Assembly (NCBI GenBank): GCA_013265495.1
Contig: MU057880.1
Span: forward strand, 2,262,527 to 2,326,526
Reading direction: 5' to 3'
Length of the DNA: 64,000 nucleotides
DNA from: Vicugna vicugna
Taxonomy: Eukaryota
The stretch's first letter is position 1; every line of letters begins with the position of its first letter. Shown here piece by piece: positions 25,870-39,030 of this stretch. The notes under the pieces were generated by a model, which was not told where the DNA came from, ran no database searches, and saw nothing but the letters and a program-made list of their open reading frames with translations. Both the position numbers and the translations under genes were made by a program.

Positions 25870-26345
25870 TAGCCAGTAGCCGACTTAAAAAGGAAACGTT
25901 TGGATCTGTTACTGAACGTTTCAGGAATGGGCTTCATCCAGGTTTTGAATGGTGTCACCCACTCTGTCTCTTTTTCTGCATCTGTAGACCTGCTTCCCCC
26001 AGGGTTGACTTTCTCCTGCATCAGTCCGTCTTCGTAAAATGGCAGAGAAAACCAGAGAAGTGCCCAGATTTTAGCACTTGCGGTCTTTGAAAGAGCCAGA
26101 ACTTTTCCTGCCACAGTTCTCGAAAGGGTTTTGCTTGGCCTGGTTTGAGCCAGGTAGCCACCCTGGACCAGTTACCACAGGGGGAGCTACGAGCAGGTGT
26201 TACGGTGCCTGGCGAGATTTGGGTCACCTGCCCATCCTGAAGTGATGGACTGTACTGGTGGAAAAATGGTTCCTGAAAGCCAAACTTTCTTTTCCCATCA
26301 AAAGGAGGAAGAAGTGTGGGTGGTGCAAAAATCACCATCCCCACG
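25870..26345 (-). mobile_element. Old MaLR LTR (MLT1J/K-like)
   Basis: Motifs ggcttcatccagg, ttggcctggtttgagccagg..cctggaccagttacc and tgggtcacctgcccatcctg are typical of MLT1 antisense. Confidence 0.5.
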
Positions 26346-29300
26346 ATTGCTGTTGAGACCCAGAAGGAGTTAAGTGCAGCTTTGACATGTACACCTATTG
26401 TTTTTCTTGCCGGCACTTGTGGCCACAGAATCCAGTTCTCTTTAGAGTGAAGACGTTGCCCTTTCCAGCACCTCTTTTGAGTACAGTTAGCTCAATGTCA
26501 TAATTTATAGTTTTGTTATCCTTTGACCTCTGTAGCAATTACTTGTGTAACTTAAAAAAAAAAAAAGGCATTCCCGAGAGGGCTCAAAATGAAGGGTGGG
26601 GATCTGACCAAGTCTGAGATCAAGGGACTCTGCCCTTGGCTTAATGAGATGTTTTGGTTTTATGTTTTGAAATGTTCAAAATCAACATTCCAGCCGAGAA
26701 AGAATGAGTCGTGTAGCTCCCAGCACACATGTCTGGCTCGCCCAGTGCTGTCTGTTTCAGATCGTCTACCTTTGTCCCGGGGCCTGTCCGCCCTCCCCTG
26801 CTCCCAATACCACCCTCTTGTTTTACTTTCCATCCCTGCCTATCCTGTTTATTGCCCAGGTACTACTCTCCCGCAGTGATGCAGCAGGAGTTTGATGGGT
26901 TTTGCAGTCTGCGAGGATTTGGGGAGTATTTGGGTACCACCCAGTGCCAGGTCTGTACTTGGAGTTGCTACTGTGTCTTCCTCTGGGGTGATGGTGGGAT
27001 CTCCGGTTTGACTTTCCCACTGGCACAGTGATACACATGGGCAACTTCTGGGACCAAAGAGACGCCCATATCACTGGCTAGCTAGCTGGTTATCTTTCTG
27101 TATCTTTTTACCCCCAAAGAAAAACCACCCAAGATCAGTATACAGCACCAGAGTAACAAAGGACCTCTACGTGTATGAACCTTAAATACACTGTTATAAT
27201 TCTGCACTGGCCTCTCGCTCCTAAACTTAGTGTTTTATGCAGTTGAAAAAGGCAAAAACCAGCTATTTGCTTTTCGTTGTTGTTCGAACTTTGAAGACAG
27301 TGCATTGGAGAAACGTACCTTTTCCCCTTTTTGGAGTGCTGTATTAATATAGCACAATTATTACTGGTTTTGTAATTTTTCCTGATTTTGCCCTTCCCTG
27401 ACTCTTTTTAAAAAAACGTTTCCTCCCTCCACCCAGGTGTTGAACTTGATTGTACTGTTGGTCTGTTTTGAAATGCGTTGCCCGGTTTCTCTTCAGTGTT
27501 TCTGGACGTAAACTCATCTTGGTGATAAGAGCATGGCTGTTCCAAATGCCAGAATGACTTCTGACTATTCCAAGCTTTCCACTAAATATATTTTATCTGT
27601 GATTAGCCATTTGACTAACAATACTGGCTAACAGATGTTGTGAAACAAAGCAAAAGCAAAAAAAAAAAAAAAACCCAAAAGAATTTCTCTATTGTTTGCT
27701 TTCCTGTTAATTTTGGTTTAAAATATGTTTGCACTTGTCTGACTTGTGTTTGATCAACATTGATTAGCATATTAAAAGTCACTCTGAGCCTACCTAAAGA
27801 AAATAAAGGAAAGAAAAATTTATATCTCCAGTGTTAAACTATTAATACCATTTTGCTATACAGCTTTCAAACCGCAGGCTTTCTTCAAGTCAGCTGGCCG
27901 TGACTCTGAGAGCTGGGCGGGGTTCAGATGCCAGCTCTCTTTAGGGAATAGTCTGACTTCTGAAGAAGTCCGTCTTTAAGTAGCCACCTCCTCTGGCTTT
28001 TGCAGGACAGGGAGATGCTGACTTAGGGTTTACTCCTAACTGATGGATGGAGTTGTTTCTAATTATGATTTGAGTTCCCATCTAATGTTTTTGACGAACG
28101 AATCAGAAGACTGATGATTATTTTGCTGTGTCATTGACAGAGGTTAAGTCGGAGTGTTTAACAAGACCCTTCCAAGTTAACTTGAGCAATGTCATCGCGC
28201 CTGATTTGTGTGTGAAGGTGAGGATGGGAGTTAAGGGCCACCTTCCTGGCTTCCTTGGCCTTGTTGGTCGTCCCTACAGCTCCGTTTTTGGCAGCAGGGA
28301 TGGCATGAGTATTGTCCTCTTGTCCACGTTCAGTGCAGGTAAGGCAGGGCCCCTGTGTGCCCCAGAGGGCTGATTCTGTGAAGGCAAGAAGCAAACATGA
28401 CCATTCACTGAAACTAACAGAACAGAAATAAGGGGATTTTCTGTGTGTAAAAAGAGGATCTCAGAAATCAGAGAGAAATTTCTTTTATTGGATGAAAATA
28501 CTTAATGATTAAATGCTATGGAAAAGACCTTTAACATCTCATTAAGTCAAGTCAGGGGAACCTCACCTTATTAAGGACAATGTTCTAACGCGAGGGCTTA
28601 TGGTGCTCACTACTTGCCTACAGATGGGGTGAAACTGAATGAAGGTGATGATGGGTGCCTGTGTAAGCCACCGCCTGGCTTGACAACAGTTGGCAGGACC
28701 TCTGTGTGTTCCAAGATACCGACCCAAAGGTGGGCGGTGTGGAAGGAGGGCAGAAGTCTGATCCCCAGGGAGTGAACTTTGCCTCCGTGACCTCCAATTC
28801 AGAGCCCAAGAATGGTTAGTAATGTAGGGAAACACTTCTTTTTATATAGATCAGGATATATGTCCTTGCCCAGAGTAACGTATACCGTCTTTCATTTCTG
28901 TCTATAGGAACATTCAGGTTACTGGCACACAGAGCTGTGTGTTCCTATTCTGTTATTAAAACCCCAGGGGACACCATGATGAGAATGGATTCTTCCTCAT
29001 GCAGCAAGGTGAAATTCTGGGTGCATTTTTCAGCGCACACAGTATTGAGACTACTAGCTTGGAAAATGAAGAAATTCCATTTGTACTTTGCTCCAGGTCC
29101 CACACAGATGGCTTAGGTTTTTTAATAGGATGAATTGGCAACTCCTGCACGTGAGAGGATTTAATTCACTAGGAAGAACACTGGCTTGGATTGCCAGCCA
29201 CCGTTCAGACACATTTGTGTCATTTGTAGTTGGCTTTGTGGCCTGGGTTCAGTTACTTAACCTGTTTTATCATTGTATTCTTTAAATTAAATAAAATAAG

Positions 29301-29811
29301 GGGGCTGGATTCCAGATGAAGATTCAAGTCACTTCCAACATAGAAAGATCAGTTTCCTCGGTATGCCCACACACATAGGGTCACAGTAACATTTGTTTTG
29401 CCTTTATCCAAACAGGTAGTGCTTTATAAAAGTTCTTTGAAAATGTTAACGTACAAGGTAATATCATAACTCTTTTGTTCCTGTGGCAAAAACCACTACT
29501 GTAAAGTAGTTGTGTGTGTGCAGAATGGGGAAAGTTTCATCAGATAATCTTTTCTGGAATTTTTTTTTTCTTGAATGAGCATAAACCTGGTTTCTGGGAC
29601 CGTAACATTTATCATTATTATACTCTTATTGTGCATCACTTCTCTTTTTAAGATTTTTTTAACTGGAGTAGAGTCAGTTCACAGTGCTGTCAGTAAACAC
29701 ATTTTCTGGAAATGCCATACTGCACAATCCTTTCCTCTCTCAGCTTCCACACCTTGCACATCGCTTGGCCTCCTTCCTTCCCGTTTCTGAACTTTAAGAA
29801 TTGCCTTCCTC

Positions 29812-29948
29812 TATTCAATATCTTGTAATAACCTTTAATGGAAAAGAATATGAAAGAATATATGTATGTATATGTATGACTGGGTCATGATGCCATACAC
29901 CAGAAATTGACACATTGTAACTGACTGTACTTCAATTAAAAAAAAAAA
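29812..29948 (+). mobile_element. Short L1 3' end
   Basis: tattcaatatcttgtaataacctttaatggaaaagaatatg...acaccagaaattgacacattgtaactgactgtacttcaatt followed by poly(A). Confidence 0.85.
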
Positions 29949-32900
29949 TCACCTTCCTTTAAATTAATTTTAATGGGACAGAAATTTCCCTACTTAGGAA
30001 TCTATCAGGTGCTTAGTTCTTTCTTTTGTCATTTTCAAGCTTTGTGATTCAAGCCCAGGACAGACCCCTAAATGTGCCGGAACCAAGAGCTCTGGTTGAA
30101 CGTGCTGCTGAGAGGTCCTAGTGAAGGACCTACCCATCACACACAGGACACTTTGAAGCTTCATTGCTCAAAGAGCCAACCCCCGAGTTACTCCTCAGAG
30201 CTCCTTCAAGCACGTGGAAGAATGTTTGAGTAAATTTTCGAAGCTCAAGGACCCAGTGCTCCCCGGCCGCCTAGAGCCACAGGTTGCTCCCCAGATGGCC
30301 GTTGGCTTAACCCCTCCTCCTTTCTCAGCAGAAACCCCATGCTTTGACTTCAAAACCGTCATCCACTTCTTGACCTTTCTGTCTGCGGCACCCCATCTCA
30401 GCCCGTCCATTTGAATAAGCAAGCCACTTCATGATATCAAAATATTTGTGTGAACAGAAACAGTCCTAACTTATTGCCAAAGTGTTTCATGGGATTGTGG
30501 CAGGCGCTGTCTGTGCTGAGGCATCGGGGTTAAGCTCGGTGGTAGTGACACCCACACAGCATGTTGTCCTAGGGAATTGTGGCCCCAACTCTCTAATCAT
30601 AGTTTATCCATCACTTATGTAGACTAAGGGCTTCCAAAAGCGTGACTCTAAGAGTGGTACCTCACTCCCCATGTGGTGCCACTCCTCCTTTAGGCTCAGC
30701 AAAATTCCGAGGTTTATTTATTTCTCTCAAGAACTTAAAAAGGGGGAATTTCTTAGGAGCTAAGAAGAAGGTTTGAAACCCCATTTGGAGTTTTCCATGC
30801 AGCCTACAAAGAAAGAAGAGAAGGGAAGAGAGAAGGAAGAGAGGGTGGGAAGAAGATGATCTGGATGCCACAGGCCGTCTGCAGGGGACACTCCTCTCCC
30901 AATGTCCCTGTCACCAGGGCTGGGACGGAGAACCCTGGCAGGTAGTGGCCATGTAACCAGTGCTACCACCTACAGAGCACCTGTTTGGGAAGCCCTGACC
31001 TGGGTTAGTTAATCACATGAGCTCTTTCAGCCACTCTTCTTGGTAGAGATTAGTCCTAATTTACAAACGAGGACACAGGCTGAAAGAGGACATGAAAATT
31101 GTCCAAACAGACAGAGCTGGTAAATGGTAGAGACTGTCTTCCTACCTTGGCTCAAAGGTGAAGCATGATATAAGAGTAGAATTACCCCTGTCTCTACCGG
31201 CTGTTACGTTATTTGCTCAGCAAGAGAAACATCATTATCTGTCTTTTCCATTCATCACAAAACCGAATAAAAACAACACCTTGTAGAGTAAATCATTAAT
31301 ACAGCCATGATTGCATGACCAATTTACTTCCTCTCTGATGATTTTGATGATTAAGTGGTCACTGGCTTACCACACGTCATTCCTCCCCAAACCATTTGCT
31401 AATAATAGGAATTTATGGCCATCAAATCTTTATGGTCAGTGCAAAGTTCAAGTTTACTTACTTAGGCTCTGGTTGACCGTGCTGCGTTGGACAATGTGAG
31501 TTTCCCATCCCTGGACGGAGATTAAGTGTGAGCTAAGTGAGGGCCACTAAGTGTGAGGAGGCCTCAGGGACAGAGCACGGGCTTTGGGGAATATCCACAG
31601 GAGCCAGACACAGCGGTGTTTGAGAGAGACAAGATAATATGAAATTAATCACTGAATTACAAAGACTAGATTTACAAAGTGTAGAGAAGTCTGAACAGAA
31701 ATGAATAGCCTGGTGGAGGGTCACAAGTCCAGGAGATGTCAAAAGTTGATATTTAACTTCATGAACTCATCACTGGAAGGTGGCCTTTAGCTGAGGTGAT
31801 CCAAAATCTGGTGTGAATTAGACACTGAACAGTGACCAGCTTCTGGATGACAGGGGTATGAGAACGCAACTCCCTAAATACCAACCTGTAAGCCAGAATG
31901 AAATACGTTAAATTTAAATGAAAGATGTAATTGTCCAAGGTTCTGATCCCACAGAGAGGCAGATAAATAACCGTTGGTGGTTCTGTCTGTGGTGTATGTG
32001 GTGTGTGGGCCAAGGTGTCCTCAGAGAGTGGCTGATGAAAGAAGGCTGGTGTGTAAGGGAACCAAACCTCCCAACGTGTAGAGAAATTGGAGGAGGAGGA
32101 AGATCCAGAGTCGGGCTGGCTGTTGGAATCCTCTGGGTTGTGTTAGGGAGGGCCTGAAGTCATGGGATTTCAGGATGACGCGAGGAAATAGACTGAAATC
32201 TTTGGAAATGAACAACAGTATTTGCACTCACAACTTCCGGGCCAGGCTGCGTGTGATAAGGAAGGGTTAGTCGGAGACCACTTCATGACTCATTAATCTC
32301 CTGTTTAACAAAGCAGGTGGGGAGAGCTAGAAAGCCTTCGCTACAGTTCTGCTTGCTACTTCCTTGGAAGAAGTAAAAATGTTTAATCAAAGAGAATGAT
32401 TGATAATAAAAACAAGGCCGGAGGTTTACTGGAGAATATGTAAATACTGCTGTGCACTCCTTTCTTCAGTTCAGCGACCACTCCTGAGGTTGAGATGTAT
32501 GTCTCCCAACTTGGAGACAGAGACAGATTTCAAAACCAAACAGTGAGATTCCCCGACCACAGAATTCAAACACAGCAAGTTGCATAACCAGTATCAGGTT
32601 AGTGTGCTAGTGTGCTAGTGTGCAAATCAGAGTGCCCACCATGGTAATGATTAGTGTGTGAGAAAATGAAGGATAATTAACATCATAATGATTTTCTAAA
32701 AAATTGTGTCTAATTTATTATTCTGAATAAAGTCCAGTGTCCTCATTTTTTAAAAGCCACTTGCAGTTATTTTTGACAAACTCAGTCATGCTTGTATGTA
32801 ATGTGAATAGCCAGAATGAGATAAAGAAGGAAAAAAATATTCAAGAGTATAAATATTAGTTATATAGGGTTATTTCAAGACCATACATGGAATCAGGACT

Positions 32901-32969
32901 ATTTGGTTACCTACTCTGCCTGCATACATTTGTATAGAAATATGTAAGTTAGCATATATGTATGTGTAA

Positions 32970-33355
32970 ACTCACTCACTCACCCACTCATCCATCCACC
33001 CATCCATCCATCCATTCATCCATCCACCCACCCATCCTACCCACCCATCCATCCACCCATCCACCCATCTACCCATCCACCCGTCCACCCAGCCACTCAT
33101 CCATCAATCCACCCATCCATCCATCCATCCATCCACTCACCCACCCACCCATCCATCCACCCATCCTACCCACCCATCCATCCACCCATTCACCCACTCA
33201 TCCACCCATTCACCCACTCATCCACCCATCTACCCATCCACCCAGCCACCCAGCCACTCATCCATCCATCCACCCATCCATCCACCCATTCACCCACTCA
33301 TCCACCCAGCCACCCAGCCACTCATCCATCCATCCACCCATCCGCCCATCCATCA
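32970..33355. repeat. Degenerate (CCAT/CCAC)n tetranucleotide repeat, about 385 bp
   Basis: Directly visible; explains the H/P/S/T-rich 175-aa ORF. Confidence 0.95.
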
Positions 33356-33650
33356 CTCAGCAGTATTTAGTCCTTACTATGCATGAACTAAATGCCATGG
33401 TAAATAATGGGAATAAAACAATTACTAGATGGAGTCCCAGGCTCCAGGAGGCACTGAATAGTAAAGGAACAGGCATGCAAAAAATATAATTGAAAATTGT
33501 AATGAATGTGGTGCGGACATGCTGGAAAAGGTTGTGATCCTTCTGCCTGTGGGACTCCCAGACGGCGTCTCTCAGAAGATCCTATTCAGCTGAAATCTGG
33601 AGGATACATGGCATTGTGCCGAGTGAAGTGGGGGAGAAAATGCTACTGGC
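33356..33650 (-). mobile_element. L2 LINE 3' fragment adjoining the CCAT repeat
   Basis: ctcagcagtatttagtccttactatg...gtcccaggctccaggagg..gaatagtaaagg resembles the L2 3' terminus in antisense. Confidence 0.55.
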
Positions 33651-34684
33651 AGTATGGGGGTGGCCTCAGTCAACTGTTAAAGTACTGGGCATGGGACCCA
33701 TTGTTTTAGAGGAGTCCACGCTCCATATTTTAAAAGCTGCCACTAGGCAAGTTCTAAGTGAACCCAGTGCAACGTCCTGCCCAATGTGCTTGGAACCCAT
33801 TAGTCATAACTTAGTGATATAAAGTGTGTTCTTGACCTATGACAGGATTATTATTGTCGAGTTGCTGCTCTGAAAGATGTGATCATGTTCGCCATCTGGT
33901 GAGCAGCGCTGTCTCGCCTGGGTTGAGGTCCGCGGATGACTAAAGCCGAGTAGCCCACAATTACTCAGTTGCCCAAAGGCCCACATGTGGACTGGAAAGC
34001 TGTCTGTGTCATGAGATCCCTGAAGTTTGCAGAGGGTGGGGGCAGGGAGAGGACGCACATTTTGTCTTATCTCTCACTTTGCCGTGTTGTTTGAAGGACT
34101 TCAGTTGTCACGTCAACCCAAGGGAATGAATAGGTCGGTGTTCCTGCCTTAGTGTCACGTGTCACATAGTGGAGAGTGGGGACTTGGAGATTTAAAAATA
34201 AAGGAAAAAAGGAAAGAAACGCAGCCCCTGCCTTCCAAGCGCTTATATTCTAAGCTCGTGTCTTATGCAAATACATTATTATAAAGACATTTCACGGGGC
34301 TTTAAATTCCAGTTTGAATGACAGTATCAACAGTTCTGTCACTTAAACCAGGGAGCGTAAATTGCTCTGAGTGCCTACTTGTCAGACGTCGGTTTTGCCT
34401 GTATGTGGGGTGATTACCACAGCTTTTCAGATACATTTTTGAACCAATGAGGTCTCATTTCTGTTTGGTTCTATTAAATTACCAGAGTCATATTAATAGG
34501 AGGTTTCTCAAACTCGCACAGGACTTGGTCCTCGCCTACTTTATATGATTTTCTTGTTTATCTATAAGATTAATAAAATTAAGCAGTGAAATGAATGATT
34601 GATTCTTGTCATTTTCAGAGAGGAAGCTGAGGCTTAGTGGACTAAGTAGGTAGATAAAAATCTCTGAGTGTACAATGGAAGTCA

Positions 34685-34925
34685 GGGTGGGTGGAGGGGT
34701 AAATTGGGGTTGGGGATTTGCAGCTGCACACTAACTCTGTATGTAAAATAGGTAAACAGGTTTATACTGTACAGCACAGAACTACATTCAGTATCTCATA
34801 ATAGCCTATAATGAAAAAGAATATGAAAAGGAATACATGTATATGTATAAATGAATACTACGCTGTATATCAGAAATTAATACAACGTTGTAAATCAACT
34901 ATATTTCAAAAAAAAAAGAAAACCA
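34685..34925 (+). mobile_element. L1 3' end fragment
   Basis: G-rich tract, then tactgtacagcacagaactacattcagtatctcataatagcctataatgaaaaagaatatg...ttgtaaatcaactatatttc and poly(A). Confidence 0.85.
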
Positions 34926-35017
34926 AAGAAATTAAGGTGGGAAAAAAAAGTTATTCTGCCTTTTCCATCACAGAGTGAGAAATCTAAGAAAACATTGGAG
35001 CAAAAGAGAAAATGATG

Positions 35018-35155
35018 AGGGAGAGTGTAGCTCAGTGGCGGAGTGTGTGCTTAGCATGCATGAGGTCCTGGGTTCAAACCCCAGGGCCTCCACTAAATAA
35101 TAAATAACCTAATTACTTCCCCCCTTCAGAAGATAAATTAAAATAAAATAAACAA
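35018..35155 (+). mobile_element. tRNA-derived SINE (Vic-1-like)
   Basis: GGGGAGAGTGTAGCTCAGTGGCGGAG..GCTTAGCATGCATGAGGTCCTGGGTTCAAACCCC..ACCTAATTAC followed by an A-rich tail. Confidence 0.9.
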
Positions 35156-35280
35156 ATCTATTTTAAAAAGCTGAAAAAAGTTAGCATGCTGACTAACAAA
35201 AAGTAAAGTTGAAAGTGAAAAAGTTTTGAAAAAGAAATGCGGAAACACAGTGAATGACTGACGCATTTGAAAGTGCTGAG

Positions 35281-35580
35281 AAGGGCGGGGCCTTGTGGGA
35301 GCGCGGACCCCGCTGAGGGCCTGGGTGGGAAGCCTGGACACCGGAGCCGCTGGAGGGGTCGCCTTGCCAGAACGAGACAAGCAATCCAGAGCAGGGGGGA
35401 CATTTTAAAAGTGAGACGAGAAAACAGACGGCAAACCGGGGGCCGAGGAGGCCGGGCTGCGCGACGCTGCCCCGGGCGGGGAGCGCGGGCCTCTGTCCCT
35501 TTTCGCGCCGCGCGACGTGAGGTCGTCGCCTCCGCGGGACTCACCAGACCGACCCAACCAGCCACCGCCCGAAACGTTCC
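35281..35580. promoter_or_regulatory. Small intronic CpG island
   Basis: About 34 CpGs in 300 bp by hand count; GC boxes GGGCGGGG at 35283 and 35474; E2F-like TTTCGCGC at 35501. Confidence 0.6.
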
Positions 35581-36287
35581 CTTGAATCTGAAGGCTTCAG
35601 TTTAGTTTCTCGAGAAATGACAGTCTTTTTTTTTCCTCTCGCCTCATTCTGTGATCAGGTTCTGAGGGAGAGGTCACCCCACAGACCCCGTAAATCTTTA
35701 GTCATCGGAAATAAAGGTGGTGACCCTAGAAAAACACAAAGATGGAAGGTTTCAAAATTGCTAAGTAAACTGAAAAATAACTTATCCCAGCTCGAGTTTC
35801 TGGAGCTTACGTTTTTCTAATGTTTTCATAGTATTCCAAGAGATTAATTGTGTAGATTGATACTGAACATCCTTAAAGTAAATACCTGTCTGATTTCTTT
35901 GCATTAAAAGAAAAGTGTAAGCAGAACTTTAACTATCCTACCTATACTGTAAATATTTATACCTTACATACATACGTGTATGTGTGTGTGTGTATTTACA
36001 TCTGTGTGGGGTATGTGCACACACAAATACATGCATGTTTCTGTACAGTGGTCACTGAGGAAAGGCAGAAAGAGCAAACAAGATAACAATAAAATGCCAT
36101 TTCTACGAGTTCCACAACAAAGGTGAATGAGAAACTGGGAAGTCAGAAAATGGATAGAATTTTCATTAGATGATACAAAACTTCCATTAATTAAGCATCT
36201 TCCTTATGTCCTGTTGTTACTTCTTGGAGCCCCTCTGACTGGTGTATCTGATGAGGGATGAGGATATAATTCGTATCAGAAGAGTCA

Positions 36288-36380
36288 CGTAGCTTAGTGG
36301 TAGAGTGCATGCTCAGCGTGCACAGGGTCCTGGGCACAAGTCCTGGGTTCGACCCCCGGTACCTCCATCAAATAAATAAA
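36288..36380 (+). mobile_element. tRNA-derived SINE, short copy with internal gtcctggg duplication
   Basis: GTAGCTTAGTGGTAGAGTGCATGCTCAGCGTGCAC..GTCCTGGGTTCGACCCCCGGTACCTCCATCAAATAAATAAA. Confidence 0.85.
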
Positions 36381-37261
36381 GAGGCAGGTAACACCTGTGG
36401 CAGATGAATTCCAGAACGTGTTCTTGTCTTCCAAGGGATGACTTGGCTACACAGCATGTGAGAGAGACAAAGATATAAATTACAGATAATAGAAAATATA
36501 AATGCTAAAAACAAATGCTTAGAGTTAAAAAAAACAAAACAAAAACAAAAACTCACATCCAGGAACTGTACCTGAACTTTTCCAATTATCTTAAGAGGAA
36601 GAATATTTTTATTTCACTTCGGTGTATTCTTGAACAAACTCATTTTATCACCAGAAGGTAAATTCGTGTGTCCAAACAGATGAGCCTTTTGAAAGGATTT
36701 CTGCCGCTGGGCAGCCACTTAAATCTTTTCTTTTAAAGTCAGGCGTGAAGTCATAATAGCGCTGTGATAAGCGTGGCCTGAACTCTGTCCAAATTTTATT
36801 ATCACACTCCTTAAATATTTCCCTCAGCTTCAGATAAGCCCGTATCTAGTGGACCTTGGTGTGTATGCCGGGCACCAACAATGCGGCACAGATAAAAAAA
36901 TGAAACAACCTAACCGATCATCATTCTTTAAAAATGTCTTGATGAATGATGAAATGGCCTCCTGTTAATATGTGTGGGCACTGGAACCCAGCTATGCAGG
37001 GAACACACGTGAGTGGGTAGGAGACAGTGGACAGGAGGAGTGGTCTCTGGGGGGTCTGGGTGATGGTTAACTGTGGTTTCCTAAGCCCGGAACCGTCCTG
37101 GTGTTGGGTGGAGGAGAGTGTATTCATACCTCCTCTTTCCTGGCTTGAATATTGATGCCCTCTGAGTGAGCTTTGCTACCTACATTTCCAGTCCAACATT
37201 CCTGCTATCCTGAACTCAGGAGGTGGAACGCATGGCAGGAAGTCCTCCTGTTTTTTTTTTT

Positions 37262-37420
37262 TCTTTTTTCCCCTTTTTAAAAAAACATTTATTGAAGTGT
37301 AGTTGCTTGACGATGTTAGTTTCACATGTACGGCAGAGTGACTCAGTTATACGTGTGCATACACATGTGTTTTCTGTTCAGATTCTTTTCCATTACATGT
37401 TACCACAAGAAATTGAATCT
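37262..37420 (-). mobile_element. Short L1 3' end
   Basis: tttattgaagtgtagttgcttgacgatgttagtttc...gattcttttccattac..acaagaaattgaat. Confidence 0.8.
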
Positions 37421-37569
37421 AGGACGTCCTCCGTTTTCCCCTGTCCACCTACCTCTCCAGGCATGTTCTCCCTTTATTCTTACTCCGTGTATTGAAAGCA
37501 GACGGGAAAACAAGATGATAATTCATCAGAGAAAATTTTTGCTTAGTAGAAATGTTAATTTCATTTCTT

Positions 37570-37666
37570 TTTTTTTTTAATTTATTTTTTCCTGTAACGG
37601 AGATGCTGGGGATTGAACCCTGGACCTCGTGCATGAAAAGCACGTGCTCTACCCCCGACCACCCCC
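37570..37666 (-). mobile_element. tRNA-derived SINE with 18-bp TSD
   Basis: ctggggattgaaccctggacctcgtgcatg..agcacgtgctctacc; TSD atgtt(a/c)atttcatttctt at 37552-37569 and 37667-37684. Confidence 0.85.
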
Positions 37667-38667
37667 ATGTTCATTTCATTTCTTCAATTATTTCCTCAAC
37701 CGTCAGTACTGTGATGATTTAGTTGTGGGCACGTATAATAAAGGTGTGTTGCCTCACATTTACAGGAACTGTTTCTTTTTAATTATTACTAATTTAATAG
37801 TGCTTCACATGATACATGTTTTAATAAACAGCCACGCACCACGAAGCCTCACACTAGGTGCCTGGATGTTAATGAGGTTTTGTGCAGAGATGATGCAAGG
37901 GGCTTGAATGCCATGCCTTGGCTGGAGCGCGATCTCTGAATCCACGCCGTAGCGTTAGCTGCCCAGACCCTGGCATTGTGTCAGGAACTGCACAGTGATC
38001 CAAGGTGATGCTTCTGTCCAGGTGCACCGTCCACACAAGTTGTTGTCGACTGAGGATGGGTGACTTTGCATTTCAAGGGCAGGTCAGTCTCGGAAGGGAT
38101 CTGAGCAGGCAGGTGAGTGCCTGTTGCACAGTGACTCATTTACTGCCCACAGCCGTCACCAGTGATACTGGCGTTGTGCCTGCTTTGTAGGACGTAAGAT
38201 ACAGACACAAAATCTAAGAATTCACTATTTTTACAGTCTGTCGATGAATCTGCCTTCTATTATTACAATGGAAGGACCAACTGAGAGTAGTAATAGCAAC
38301 ATACTCTCGCTCGTGCTGTTCTAGGCAGGTGCACTTCAGGAAGAAAGGCCGGGGGGCTGGATCTGAGGTCTGCCCTGAGGCAGAAGCAGTGCTCTGTGCG
38401 CCTTCTGGCCAGGGGAGGAGCTGTGGGCTCTTCCCTGCATAGATGCGGTTGTGATGACAGCAGGTATTGAAGGAAAACTACCACTTACGCAGCAGCTTAT
38501 TTCTAAGTGCTTTACATAGTCTCTTGCTCAATCTTCACAACAGCCTTGAGAGTTAATGAATATTACCCTCCTTTGTAAGAAGGGAATCTGGGGAGTTTAA
38601 TCAGAATTCTCAACAATGGGTTTGGGGCTCAAAGAGTCTGTTTTGTCCTGTTCAGCTGGAGACAGTC

Positions 38668-38880
38668 CTGTGTGATGGTTAAGAATGCGGGCTCTGCAGC
38701 TGGGATGAAAAGTCCGCCCCAGCTCTGTTACTGGTCCCGGCGCCTCCCTGTACCTCAGTTTCCCTGTCTGCAGTATGGCTCCCATGATGGGACCTGCAGA
38801 TAGGGCTGTGTTTGGAGATTGAATGAGTCAATACTTATTATCTGGCACATAGTAGGGACTTCATACTGTTTGCTTTATTA
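38668..38880 (+). mobile_element. MIR SINE
   Basis: gtgtgatggttaagaatgcgggctctg..cctcagtttccctgtctgcagtatgg..gattgaatgag..tctggcacatagtagg (MIR core). Confidence 0.7.
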
Positions 38881-39030
38881 TGATGATTTTTTTTTGCACA
38901 AATATTTTAGAAGACTTGGGATTTTGATCAAAATTATTGTAAGACATGCCTTTTTGTCATTCAGTAACACTACTGGCATTTCTTCATAGTGTTTATGTTT
39001 TATTGGTTAAATTTATTACTACACATTTTT

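Noticed and set aside
32962..33489. 175-aa His/Pro-rich ORF
   Set aside because: Translation of a CCAT/CCAC microsatellite.
35158..35605. Arg/Pro/Gly-rich ORFs on both strands
   Set aside because: Stop-codon scarcity in a GC-rich patch; no recognisable domain.
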